Notes under the pieces: model-generated | Database searches by the model: none | What the model was told of the DNA's origin: nothing | The model's input: the letters and a program-made list of their open reading frames with translations, nothing else | Source: Propionibacterium freudenreichii subsp. freudenreichii | GTDB taxonomy: Bacteria; Actinomycetota; Actinomycetes; Propionibacteriales; Propionibacteriaceae | Assembly (NCBI RefSeq): GCF_000940845.1 | Contig: NZ_CP010341.1 | Coordinates: forward strand, 2,550,001 to 2,582,000 | Reading direction: 5' to 3' | Length of the DNA stretch: 32,000 nucleotides | In this document: positions 24,943-32,000 of the stretch, piece by piece | Numbering within the stretch: the stretch's first letter is position 1 | Layout: every line of letters starts with the position of its first letter | Program-made: the position numbers and the translations under genes

Positions 24943-26989
24943 GCAGCCCTCCGTCCGGGCCGGCACGGCCCATCCGGCCCGCAGCGACGGTGCTGCCCGC
25001 CCGATTCGCGACGACCGCACTGCACCGCCCATGGCAGCCGCTGAGACACCGCTTCGCCCGGCCGCCGATGCGCCGCTGCGGCTCGCCGTCGTCGGTGCCG
25101 GACCGAAGGCGCTGTACGCGCTGGAGGAACTGACCGCGCTGCTGGATGCTGCGGGCTCCGCCACGGCCACCGCCGACGACGCGGGAGCTGCGGCCTCCGA
25201 ATCGTCAGCAGCATCCGGCCTGATCGTGACGGTGATCGATCCTGTCGCCGTGCCGGGTACGGGCGCCGCCTACCACTCCGGCCAGCCGCACCACCTGCGG
25301 CTGAACGTGACCGCGGCGATCCTGGATGAGCCCGCCACCGGCGACTTCCCCGCGTACCCCAGTTGGGTGCAGGACCCGTACCCGCAGCTGGCCGACGAGC
25401 CGTACCCGCCGCGCGCGGTGGTCGGCGAGTACCTCGCCCAGCGCTGGCAGCAGATGATCCATGGTCTCTCCCGGCATGCCCGCGTGGAGCACGCCCGGGC
25501 CCGGGTGACGGACCTGCGGCGCGAGGGCAGCGCCTGGCATCTGACCACCGACGCTGCTCCCGCGGACGTCGGCCCGGTGGACGAGGTGCTGATCGCCACC
25601 GGTCACGCCGCTGGCCACCGGGGCGCCCTGGTGCACCACTGGAGTTCACCCCTCCCCCTGGTCCCGGCGGTGCTGCCCGCTGAGCGGATGCTCAGCGCCG
25701 AGCAGGTCCCACCCGGTTCCCGGGTCGCGGTGCGCGGCGGGGCGCTGACCTTCATCGACGCCTGCCTGACCCTCACCGAGGGCCGCGGCGGCACCTTCAC
25801 CGAGAGCACCGAGGTCGACGCGAGCGGCGGCACCGAGGCGGATGTCCCTGCCCGCCTGGTGCACCATCGCGGGCCGCACGAGCCGACCGTGATTCGGCCG
25901 ATCACCCGGCAGGGTCTGCTGCTGGATGCGAAGCCGGACCCGGGATCACCCCTGACCGGGGCCGGCGAGCGCGCCGTCGAGCAGGCCCGCGCCCGATTCA
26001 CCTCCGGCCAGGGCATGGGCCCGGACGCGGTGCTGGCGATCGTGGTCGATGCCGCCACCGCCATGCTCGAGGGGACACCCGCGCCCAAGAAGCACGCCAG
26101 TACCTCGGGACGGGATGCGCGCGACACCGTCGCTGGTTCTCGCGCGGCCGTCGAACACACGCTGAGCACCGGTGCGGAACCCGATCTGCCCCGCGGCGCG
26201 GGGCGCGCCGAGGCGGCGCTGCGTCGCAGTATCGAGACGGCCCAGGGCCACCGCTCGCCCGGTCCGGCCTGGGCGCTGGGTCGCGTGTGGCAGACCCTCT
26301 ACTCCCTGGTCTCCGCCGCCCTGCGCGGCAGCGACGCCCCCGAGGAGGAGTGGGCGCGCTTCCGGCAGGCCGCGCAGGTGCTGGAGCGGTTCGCCTTCGG
26401 CCCTCCGCTGGTCAACGCCCGCAAGCTGCTGGCGATGATCGACTCCGGCGCGGTGGACCTGTCCTGGATGGATGGTGGGACGGGCATCGACGGCAACAGC
26501 ATCCATGTCGCGCCCGTGACCGAGAGCTCCGACGCCACTGCCACCGGCCGGCATGTTGACGCCACTGCCACCGGCCGGCACGACGACGCACCGTCGGGCG
26601 GCGATGTCGACGTGGTGATCGACGCGGTGCTCACCCCGCCCGGTCTGCTGAACCTCACCGACGAGCTGGCGGGGTCGCTGCTGCACCGCGGCCTGGTGCA
26701 GGTGCGGCCCGGCAGGCGGGGGGCGATGATCGACGAGGCCGGCTCCCCCGTCGGCCGCGATGACGCGCCACTGGTCGCCCCCGACGGTCGGACCGTGGCC
26801 GGGCTCGCGCTGATCGGGCGGCCCACAGAGGACCATGTCATCGGCCACGACTCGCTGAACCGCCACCTGCACCACGAGGGCCGATGCTGGGCCCGACGGA
26901 TCGCGGACCGGGTTGCGGGCGTTGACGATGCCGCTCCCGCTGACGCAGCTGTTCCTGCCGCCCCCGCCCCCGCTGTCGCCCCCGAGTGA
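24935..26989 (+). CDS. FAD/NAD(P)-binding protein (PF13454-like), large and uncharacterised
   Basis: The dinucleotide-binding motif LRLAVVGAGPKALYALEEL sits near the N-terminus. GTG 24935 overlaps the upstream stop (GTGGCTGA). An alternative ATG lies at 25031. Confidence 0.6.
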   Translation: MAEQPSVRAGTAHPARSDGAARPIRDDRTAPPMAAAETPLRPAADAPLRLAVVGAGPKALYALEELTALLDAAGSATATADDAGAAASESSAASGLIVTVIDPVAVPGTGAAYHSGQPHHLRLNVTAAILDEPATGDFPAYPSWVQDPYPQLADEPYPPRAVVGEYLAQRWQQMIHGLSRHARVEHARARVTDLRREGSAWHLTTDAAPADVGPVDEVLIATGHAAGHRGALVHHWSSPLPLVPAVLPAERMLSAEQVPPGSRVAVRGGALTFIDACLTLTEGRGGTFTESTEVDASGGTEADVPARLVHHRGPHEPTVIRPITRQGLLLDAKPDPGSPLTGAGERAVEQARARFTSGQGMGPDAVLAIVVDAATAMLEGTPAPKKHASTSGRDARDTVAGSRAAVEHTLSTGAEPDLPRGAGRAEAALRRSIETAQGHRSPGPAWALGRVWQTLYSLVSAALRGSDAPEEEWARFRQAAQVLERFAFGPPLVNARKLLAMIDSGAVDLSWMDGGTGIDGNSIHVAPVTESSDATATGRHVDATATGRHDDAPSGGDVDVVIDAVLTPPGLLNLTDELAGSLLHRGLVQVRPGRRGAMIDEAGSPVGRDDAPLVAPDGRTVAGLALIGRPTEDHVIGHDSLNRHLHHEGRCWARRIADRVAGVDDAAPADAAVPAAPAPAVAPE
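26531..26584 (+). repeat. In-frame 27-bp tandem duplication inside the flavoprotein gene
   Basis: gacgccactgccaccggccggcatgtt is followed by gacgccactgccaccggccggcacgac (24/27 identical), encoding DATATGRHV then DATATGRHD. Confidence 0.9.
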
Positions 26990-28710
26990 GAGGACCTGCC
27001 GTGACCGAGGAACCCACCCTGCGCGAGGCATGCCAGGGAACCCCGCCGCTGTCGGCTCGTCTGGAGCCGTGGATGCAGGAGCTGCTGGCGGACCCTGCGA
27101 CCTGCAGCTCGCTGCTGGAGCGCTACGGAAGCCCGCTGAACGTGCACGACTTTTCCGCGCTGCCGCGCAACGCCGCAGAGCTCACGGAGGTGGCCGAGGG
27201 CTCCGGGGTGGACCTGCGGATCTTCGTGGCACGCAAGGCCAACAAGACCCTCGGCATGGTGCGTGCCGCGCATCGCGCCGGGCTGGGGGTCGACGTGGGC
27301 AGCGAGCGCGAGCTGGGCCAGGTGCTCGAGGCCGGTGTGCCGCCGCATGACGTGGTGGTCACCGCGGCCATCAAGCCCGATCCGGTGCTGCGCCTGGCCC
27401 TGGAGTCCCGCTCACTGCTGGTGCTGGACAACCTCGACGAGGTGGCCGCCTCCCGGAGGGTCGCCGAGCAGGTCACCGGCGCCCGGAGCGCGGAACCAGG
27501 TCGCCCCGCGGACGGGGCCTCTGGTGCCCCCGAGCCGTTCCCCGTGGCGCTGCGCCTCGCGCCCAAGCCCAGCGACCTGATCCCGCCCACCCGCTTCGGG
27601 GAGTCGGCCCGCGCCTGGCTCGAGCTGATCGACTCCGGCGGCCTGGGCGACCTGCTGCGGGTGGACGGTGTGCACTTCCACCTGCACGGCTATGACCCGA
27701 CCGCGCGCGCCACCGCCCTCGGGGAGGCGCTGGAGCTGATCGACGCGCTGCGCGAGCGCGGCCTGGCCCAGGATGGCGCGTTCGTGGACATCGGCGGCGG
27801 CATCCCGATGAGCTACTTGGACGATGCCGAGCAGTGGGACGCCTTCTGGCAGGCCCACGAGCGGCAGGCCCCGGAGTCGGGCCTCGGCGGGGGTGCTCGC
27901 GCGGCCGACGACGACCGGCCCGCGGCTGCCCCCGACGCCGGCGAGGACGCCCCCACCGCCCCGCTGACCTGGCGCCGGGAACCGCTGCGGCAGGTGTACC
28001 CCTACCACCAGCAGGTGATCCGCGGGCCCTGGCTGGAGCGGTTCCTGGGCCACGAGATCCGCCCGGGTGCCACTGCCGGGCAGGCCCTGCGAGAGCGCGG
28101 GGTGCAGCTGCGCTGCGAGCCGGGCCGCTCCATGATGGACGGTTGCGGCATGACGCTGGCGAGGGTCATCCAGCGCACCAGTGCCAGCGACGGCGTGCCC
28201 CTGGTGGGGCTGGAGATGAACCGCACCCAGTGCCGCTCCACCTCCGACGACTTCCTGGTGGACCCGATCCTGGTGCGCACCGGCACACGCGACGATGCCA
28301 CGGATCCGTCGGTCGCCGGTGCCGGGCAGAGCAGGGCGAGCGAACGGTTCGAGGGGTTCCTGGTGGGCGCCTACTGCATCGAGGCCGAGCTGATCCTGCG
28401 TCGGCGCCTCGCGTTCCCGCAGGGTGTGGCCGTGGGCGATGTGATCGCCCTGCCCAACACCGCCGGGTACCTGATGCACATCCTGGAGAGCGCGTCCCAC
28501 CAGATCCCCCTGGCCTCCAACGTGGAGCGCGTCGGCGGTGGGGAGGCAGGCGGATCCGGAGGTGACCACCCCAGCGCAGAGGTGGCGGACCGCAGCAGGA
28601 CGGGCGGCACGGACCACAGCAGCACCGCCGTCGAAGGCAGCGATCCCCGTCCTGATGTGCCCGGGTTCAAGCGCGACGGCATCGACCGGGTGCTGCCCAT
28701 CCGGGCCTGA
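26986..28710 (+). CDS. Type III (alanine racemase-fold) PLP-dependent decarboxylase-like enzyme, Y4yA-like
   Basis: YGSPLNVHD, the PLP-lysine block FVARKANKT, DIGGGIPMSY, CEPGRSMM and the GAYCIE blocks of Orn/DAP/Arg decarboxylase-type enzymes are present. There are long acidic or low-complexity inserts and a C-terminal tail. GTG 26986 overlaps the upstream stop; an alternative GTG at 27001 follows gagagga. Confidence 0.8.
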   Translation: MRGPAVTEEPTLREACQGTPPLSARLEPWMQELLADPATCSSLLERYGSPLNVHDFSALPRNAAELTEVAEGSGVDLRIFVARKANKTLGMVRAAHRAGLGVDVGSERELGQVLEAGVPPHDVVVTAAIKPDPVLRLALESRSLLVLDNLDEVAASRRVAEQVTGARSAEPGRPADGASGAPEPFPVALRLAPKPSDLIPPTRFGESARAWLELIDSGGLGDLLRVDGVHFHLHGYDPTARATALGEALELIDALRERGLAQDGAFVDIGGGIPMSYLDDAEQWDAFWQAHERQAPESGLGGGARAADDDRPAAAPDAGEDAPTAPLTWRREPLRQVYPYHQQVIRGPWLERFLGHEIRPGATAGQALRERGVQLRCEPGRSMMDGCGMTLARVIQRTSASDGVPLVGLEMNRTQCRSTSDDFLVDPILVRTGTRDDATDPSVAGAGQSRASERFEGFLVGAYCIEAELILRRRLAFPQGVAVGDVIALPNTAGYLMHILESASHQIPLASNVERVGGGEAGGSGGDHPSAEVADRSRTGGTDHSSTAVEGSDPRPDVPGFKRDGIDRVLPIRA

Positions 28711-28759
28711 TCCCCCGCTTGAGAGCTCTGTGAGCACGCCTACATGCCGGGAATCTTCG

Positions 28760-28779
28760 GCCCACCGGTCGAGGTGGGC
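28760..28779 (+). terminator. Small stem-loop after the operon
   Basis: gcccacc (28760-28766) pairs with ggtgggc (28773-28779) around a 6-nt loop, 50 nt after the stop. Confidence 0.3.
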
Positions 28780-28819
28780 ACAGATGCGTCCCGTCAGGTG
28801 CAGGTGCTGGCACGCACGG

Positions 28820-28940
28820 GGCGGCACGCGACCAGCTGACGGCGCGGCCATGCACGGGGCGGCCTCGCGCTCGGCGGCACGCGACCTGCTGACGGCGTTG
28901 CCAAGCGCGGGGCGGCACGCGAGCCGGTGGCGGCGCGGCC
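28820..28940. repeat. Three imperfect 30-bp direct repeats in non-coding DNA
   Basis: ggcggcacgcgaccagctgacggcgcggcc (28820-28849), ggcggcacgcgacctgctgacggcgttgcc (28873-28902) and ggcggcacgcgagccggtggcggcgcggcc (28911-28940). Pairwise identity to the first copy is 26-27/30. Start-to-start spacing is 53 and 38 bp. Confidence 0.8.
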
Positions 28941-28967
28941 TCGGTCTGACCCGACGCAACAGGAGTG

Positions 28968-30070
28968 CTAGCTGTACTTCCCCGGGAGGTTGTGAACGGG
29001 TGAGGTAGCGAAGACCTCCGGGCAGGATGTGGGTTACCACACTCACTCTCCTGACCACGGAGGTCTTCGTGACTCACGCTAACGCACCCTTGACACCGGA
29101 AGGGCGTCGTCGTCTTGCTGTTCTCGTCGTGGAACAGGGCTGGTCGTTGCGGCGGGCGGCGGAACGGTTCCAGTGCTCGCCCGCGACGGTGAAGCGGTGG
29201 GCCGACAGGTACCGGGCAGGGCTGCCGTTGATCGACCGTAGTTCGAGGCCCACCTCGTCACCGAACCGGCTTTCGCGTAAGACGGAGCATCGGATCGTCG
29301 CGTTGCGGTTCACTCGCCGGTGGGGTCCGCACCGGATCGCGTATCACCTGCGGTTGCACCGTTCCACGGTCGGTCGGGTGCTCGCCCGATACAAGATGCC
29401 GAAGCTGATCAACATCGACCAGGCCACCGGGCTGCCGGTTCGCCGCCCGAAGCCGAAACGGTACGAGGTCGCCGCGCCGGGCCAGCTCGTGCACGTAGAT
29501 ATCAAGAAACAAGGCCGGATCCCCGACGGCGGCGGGTGGCGTGCCCACGGTCGCGGATCCATGCAGGACCGTCACGCGGGAGTGGCCCGCGACAAGGCAG
29601 CCCGTGCCGGGGCAGCCGGCTCTCGCGGCTACCGGTATCTGCACCACGCCGTGGACGACCACTCCCGGATCGCGTACTCAGAGATCCTTGACGACGAGCG
29701 CAAAGAGACCGCAGCGGGGTTCTGGACCCGCGCGAACGCGTTCTTCGCAGGCCTGGGCGTCACAGTCACCGCGGTGATGACCGACAACGGTTCCTGCTAC
29801 CGGTCAGGCGCCTTCGCTGACGCGCTCGGCGACGAGGTGAAGCACAAGTGGACCCGGCCATACCGGCCGCAGACCAACGGCAAGGTCGAGCGGTTCAACC
29901 GGACCCTCGCCGTCGAGTGGGCCTACGCGAAGCCCTACGCCAGCGAAGCCGAGCGCGCCGCAGCCTACGAGACCTGGCTCCATCACTACAATCACCACAG
30001 ACCCCACACCGGGATCGGCGGCCAGACTCCCTCAGCCCGCGTTCACAACGTCACGGGGAAGTACAGCTAG
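28968..30070 (+). mobile_element. IS481-family insertion sequence, copy 2 (a different element from copy 1)
   Basis: IRs: ctgtacttccccgggaggttgtgaacggg (28972-) against the reverse complement of the right end, ctgtacttccccgtgacgttgtgaacgcg (-30066); 26/29 match. CTAG lies outside both ends (28968-28971 and 30067-30070). Confidence 0.85.
29069..30070 (+). CDS. IS481-family DDE transposase
   Basis: GTG at 29069 preceded by ggagg. DDE blocks are LVHVDIKK, VMTDNGSCY and TNGKVERF, with YNHHRPH at the C-terminus. It is only moderately similar to the copy-1 transposase. Confidence 0.9.
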   Translation: MTHANAPLTPEGRRRLAVLVVEQGWSLRRAAERFQCSPATVKRWADRYRAGLPLIDRSSRPTSSPNRLSRKTEHRIVALRFTRRWGPHRIAYHLRLHRSTVGRVLARYKMPKLINIDQATGLPVRRPKPKRYEVAAPGQLVHVDIKKQGRIPDGGGWRAHGRGSMQDRHAGVARDKAARAGAAGSRGYRYLHHAVDDHSRIAYSEILDDERKETAAGFWTRANAFFAGLGVTVTAVMTDNGSCYRSGAFADALGDEVKHKWTRPYRPQTNGKVERFNRTLAVEWAYAKPYASEAERAAAYETWLHHYNHHRPHTGIGGQTPSARVHNVTGKYS

Positions 30071-30073
30071 ACC

Positions 30074-31099
30074 CTAGAACGGTGCCTCGTCGCGTGTCGC
30101 CCACGGGTTCGGGGGCGACGGCGGCAAGGCTCCCCCGGGCAGCGGCAGGTTGGTGACGACGTAGAGGTTCAAGATGTCGTCGCGGTCCATGAACATGATC
30201 TGGCTCCGCTTGCTGGCATCGAGAGCGTTGCCGAGCCAGTTGCGAGCCGCCTTGGTGATCTCCCCGCCCGCCACGATGAAGGCGTGGTCAACCAAGACCC
30301 GGCGGTTGGTCTCAGGATCGAAGATCTCGTGTGCCAGCATCATGAGCGCTTGGTTGTGGATCTCGGCCATGTTGGCGTTGCCGGTCTTGGTGACGCCTGA
30401 GGCGTCGAGCTTGCCCTTCTTAGCCTGGATGCCGAAGTAGAGGATGTGCTGGGTCGGCAAGGTGTAGCGCATCCAGATGTCCTTGCCGTACTCCAGCGCC
30501 TTGTCCTTGTGCCCGGCTGCCGTGATGCGGTGGTAGCCCAACTGTCTGAACAGCGGGAGGAGCACTTCCTCGATGAGATCATCCTCGCTGCACTGGTCGA
30601 GGTAGGCCGTCAAGAGCTGCCGCCGCTCCAGTTCAGCCTTGCTGAAGGGGCGGTGCGGATTGGCGGCAAGGACAGTGACGGTCTGTGTGCCGACGTGGCG
30701 GAGGTAGCAGTGGTTGTCTTCGCCGTAGAACGCCTCGAAACCTTCGCGACCGAGTACCTCGTTGAGTTGTGCCAGCGCACGAGGACGGTCGGGGCCTTCG
30801 TTGAGCCGATCGGCTGGACTCATGAGTTGGTCAATGAGACGGCAGAAGACATCCGGGGGACGTGTGGGGCCGTCATGGGGTTCGGCCAGCATCTGTTCCA
30901 ACACGTCCGCAACCCAGCGATGGCGGGTCGAGCCGTCGTGGTGGAACTCGGTCTCCAACTCTTGAAAGAACTCGGTGATGTACATGCTGGAGCGATACGG
31001 GAAGTACTTGGCTTCGTCCTCGTTTTCGGCGTCGTCACGACCCACGTTGCCCACGATGAGTGACCCGAGGGCTTCGAGGTTGCGGCGACGGAACTTCAC
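30074..31099 (-). CDS. Two-domain protein: unknown N-terminal domain plus a C-terminal Mrr-like restriction endonuclease (PD-(D/E)xK) domain
   Basis: The C-terminal half follows the Mrr_cat layout: helix IEEVLLPLFRQLGY, then EYGKD207IW, then GIQ225AK227KG, then AFIVAGGEITKAARNWL. GTG start at 31099. The stop is 3 nt from the IS481 end. GC is lower than in neighbouring genes (34/60 in one sampled stretch). Confidence 0.6.
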   Translation of the reverse strand: MKFRRRNLEALGSLIVGNVGRDDAENEDEAKYFPYRSSMYITEFFQELETEFHHDGSTRHRWVADVLEQMLAEPHDGPTRPPDVFCRLIDQLMSPADRLNEGPDRPRALAQLNEVLGREGFEAFYGEDNHCYLRHVGTQTVTVLAANPHRPFSKAELERRQLLTAYLDQCSEDDLIEEVLLPLFRQLGYHRITAAGHKDKALEYGKDIWMRYTLPTQHILYFGIQAKKGKLDASGVTKTGNANMAEIHNQALMMLAHEIFDPETNRRVLVDHAFIVAGGEITKAARNWLGNALDASKRSQIMFMDRDDILNLYVVTNLPLPGGALPPSPPNPWATRDEAPF

Positions 31100-31221
31100 G
31101 GGACCATTGTTGCAAGCGGGACCGACAAACGACCGGACTCCGTGGGCTGCGGCTGCACCGTCTGCCCCGGCATGCGGTGCCGCATCGGCTGAGTGTCAGT
31201 GTCACGTGCTCGAATAGACCC

Positions 31222-31983
31222 ATGACTGTGGACGTGCGGCGCGCTGTTCTTGACCGCCTCGGCACTGGAGGTGCCTCGCGCTTTGGCCGCCCATACCTCG
31301 TGGCAACCCTTCACCGGGAAGTTGGCTGTTCCGAGACGGAAGTGTGGGAGGCCTTCTGGGGTCTGGTCGGTGAGGGACTGGTCTACCTCGACACCGCCGG
31401 CCAGGGATCAGGCACTGACAACTGGCAGTGGCACCTATCGACAGATGGCCGAAGGGTGGCTGAGGGCGGCTCCTGGGAGCCACGCGACCCCGACGGCTAC
31501 ATGGATCGGGTTCGACGAGACATCCCCGACTTGGACGAACTCGTGGAACTTTACCTGACAGAGGCGTTGCAGTCGTTCAACGGGCGATGCTACCTCGCCA
31601 CCTCCGTCATGCTTGGAGTCGCCGCAGAACGTGCCTTCCTGGTCATGGCTGCGTCCTACGCCGCCTCTACTGTCTCGGGCGCGCCGGCTATGGCCAAGGA
31701 GTTAGCGCGGCCGCGAAGCAACTACTTCGCCTTGTGGACGGAGTTCCGAAAGCGCATCGAGCCGATCCGCCAGGATCTGCCGGATGGGCTCGCCGACTCT
31801 CTCACGCTGGATGCCATCGCTGACCTGATCCGCCTGACCCGCAACGAGGTTGGCCACCCCACTGGCCGCCAGATTGACGAGGACACCGCTCGAGTTCACC
31901 TGACGATTGCTCCGACATACATGCGGAAGATGCGTGCGCTGACCGTCCACTTCGCCCAGAGGCCGGCGGAGGTGAACGAATGA
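31222..31983 (+). CDS. HEPN-like protein (Rx4H motif) with an unknown N-terminal domain
   Basis: ATG at 31222; 253 aa. The C-terminal alpha-helical region YLTEALQSFNGRCYLATSVMLGVAAERAF...LIRLTRNEVGHPTG contains R207-N-E-V-G-H212 (31840-31857), the HEPN Rx4-6H signature. The gene is transcribed divergently from the nuclease gene. Confidence 0.5.
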   Translation: MTVDVRRAVLDRLGTGGASRFGRPYLVATLHREVGCSETEVWEAFWGLVGEGLVYLDTAGQGSGTDNWQWHLSTDGRRVAEGGSWEPRDPDGYMDRVRRDIPDLDELVELYLTEALQSFNGRCYLATSVMLGVAAERAFLVMAASYAASTVSGAPAMAKELARPRSNYFALWTEFRKRIEPIRQDLPDGLADSLTLDAIADLIRLTRNEVGHPTGRQIDEDTARVHLTIAPTYMRKMRALTVHFAQRPAEVNE

Positions 31984-32000
31984 CGCAACTGCCGATGCCG
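31980..32000 (+). CDS. Start of a third gene, translationally coupled to the HEPN-like gene; truncated by the window end
   Basis: ATG at 31980 overlaps the TGA at 31981-31983 (ATGA). Only MTQLPMP is visible. Confidence 0.35.

Noticed and set aside
23314-25170. 618-aa ORF on the minus strand
   Set aside because: It is antisense to the well-supported cysteine-synthase-like gene. It is Arg/Gly/Ala/Pro/His-rich with no recognisable motifs. This is a typical stop-free antisense frame in GC-rich DNA.
28820-28940. Possible CRISPR array
   Set aside because: There are only three imperfect copies with irregular spacing (53 and 38 bp). The 'spacers' are partly repeat-like, and no cas genes are present.
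25946-29058. Several long minus-strand ORFs (25946..27031, 26299..27348, 27412..29058)
   Set aside because: All are antisense to the flavoprotein and type III PLP genes, which carry clear catalytic motifs. They are shadow ORFs.
31060-31221. Earlier start for the HEPN-like gene
   Set aside because: It would overlap the divergent nuclease gene and encodes Arg/Cys-rich low-quality sequence. I prefer the ATG at 31222.

Overview
This is a GC-rich window with Actinobacteria-like codon usage. It reads as a mosaic accessory region, not core chromosome. All family calls come from motif recognition by eye; no database search was run.

I can support about 25 genes or gene remnants and at least eight mobile-element signatures:
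- two different intact IS481-family elements
- one intact IS21-family istAB element
- two decayed ISL3 ends
- an IS5/DUF4096-type transposase stub
- a serine-resolvase stub
- a 1.7-kb segment bracketed by perfect 51-bp inverted repeats

Cargo, left to right:
1. A 5'-partial NirK-like multicopper oxidase with a translationally coupled wHTH regulator.
2. An orphan peptide-type ABC permease whose operon is cut off by ISL3.
3. A DUF1304 gene and an N-terminally truncated umuC.
4. A low-GC EcsC-family gene inside the 51-bp repeat pair.
5. An RpiR/EamA pair diverging from a ketopantoate-reductase-like gene.
6. A six-gene co-directional copper island: Met/His-tailed membrane protein, OmpR-type regulator, histidine kinase, Tat-lipoprotein multicopper oxidase, DUF2933-like peptide, P1B ATPase.
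7. A family-5 peptide-binding protein gene with one in-frame TAA, followed by a permease gene decapitated by IS21.
8. A compact operon of a cysteine-synthase/SbnA-like enzyme, an FAD/NAD(P)-binding protein and a type III PLP decarboxylase-like enzyme.
9. At the right edge, a lower-GC divergent pair: an Mrr-like PD-(D/E)xK nuclease and a HEPN (Rx4H) protein, with a third coupled gene running off the window.

Item 9 is my best candidate for an undescribed, defence-type system. I saw no rRNA, tRNA or CRISPR array.
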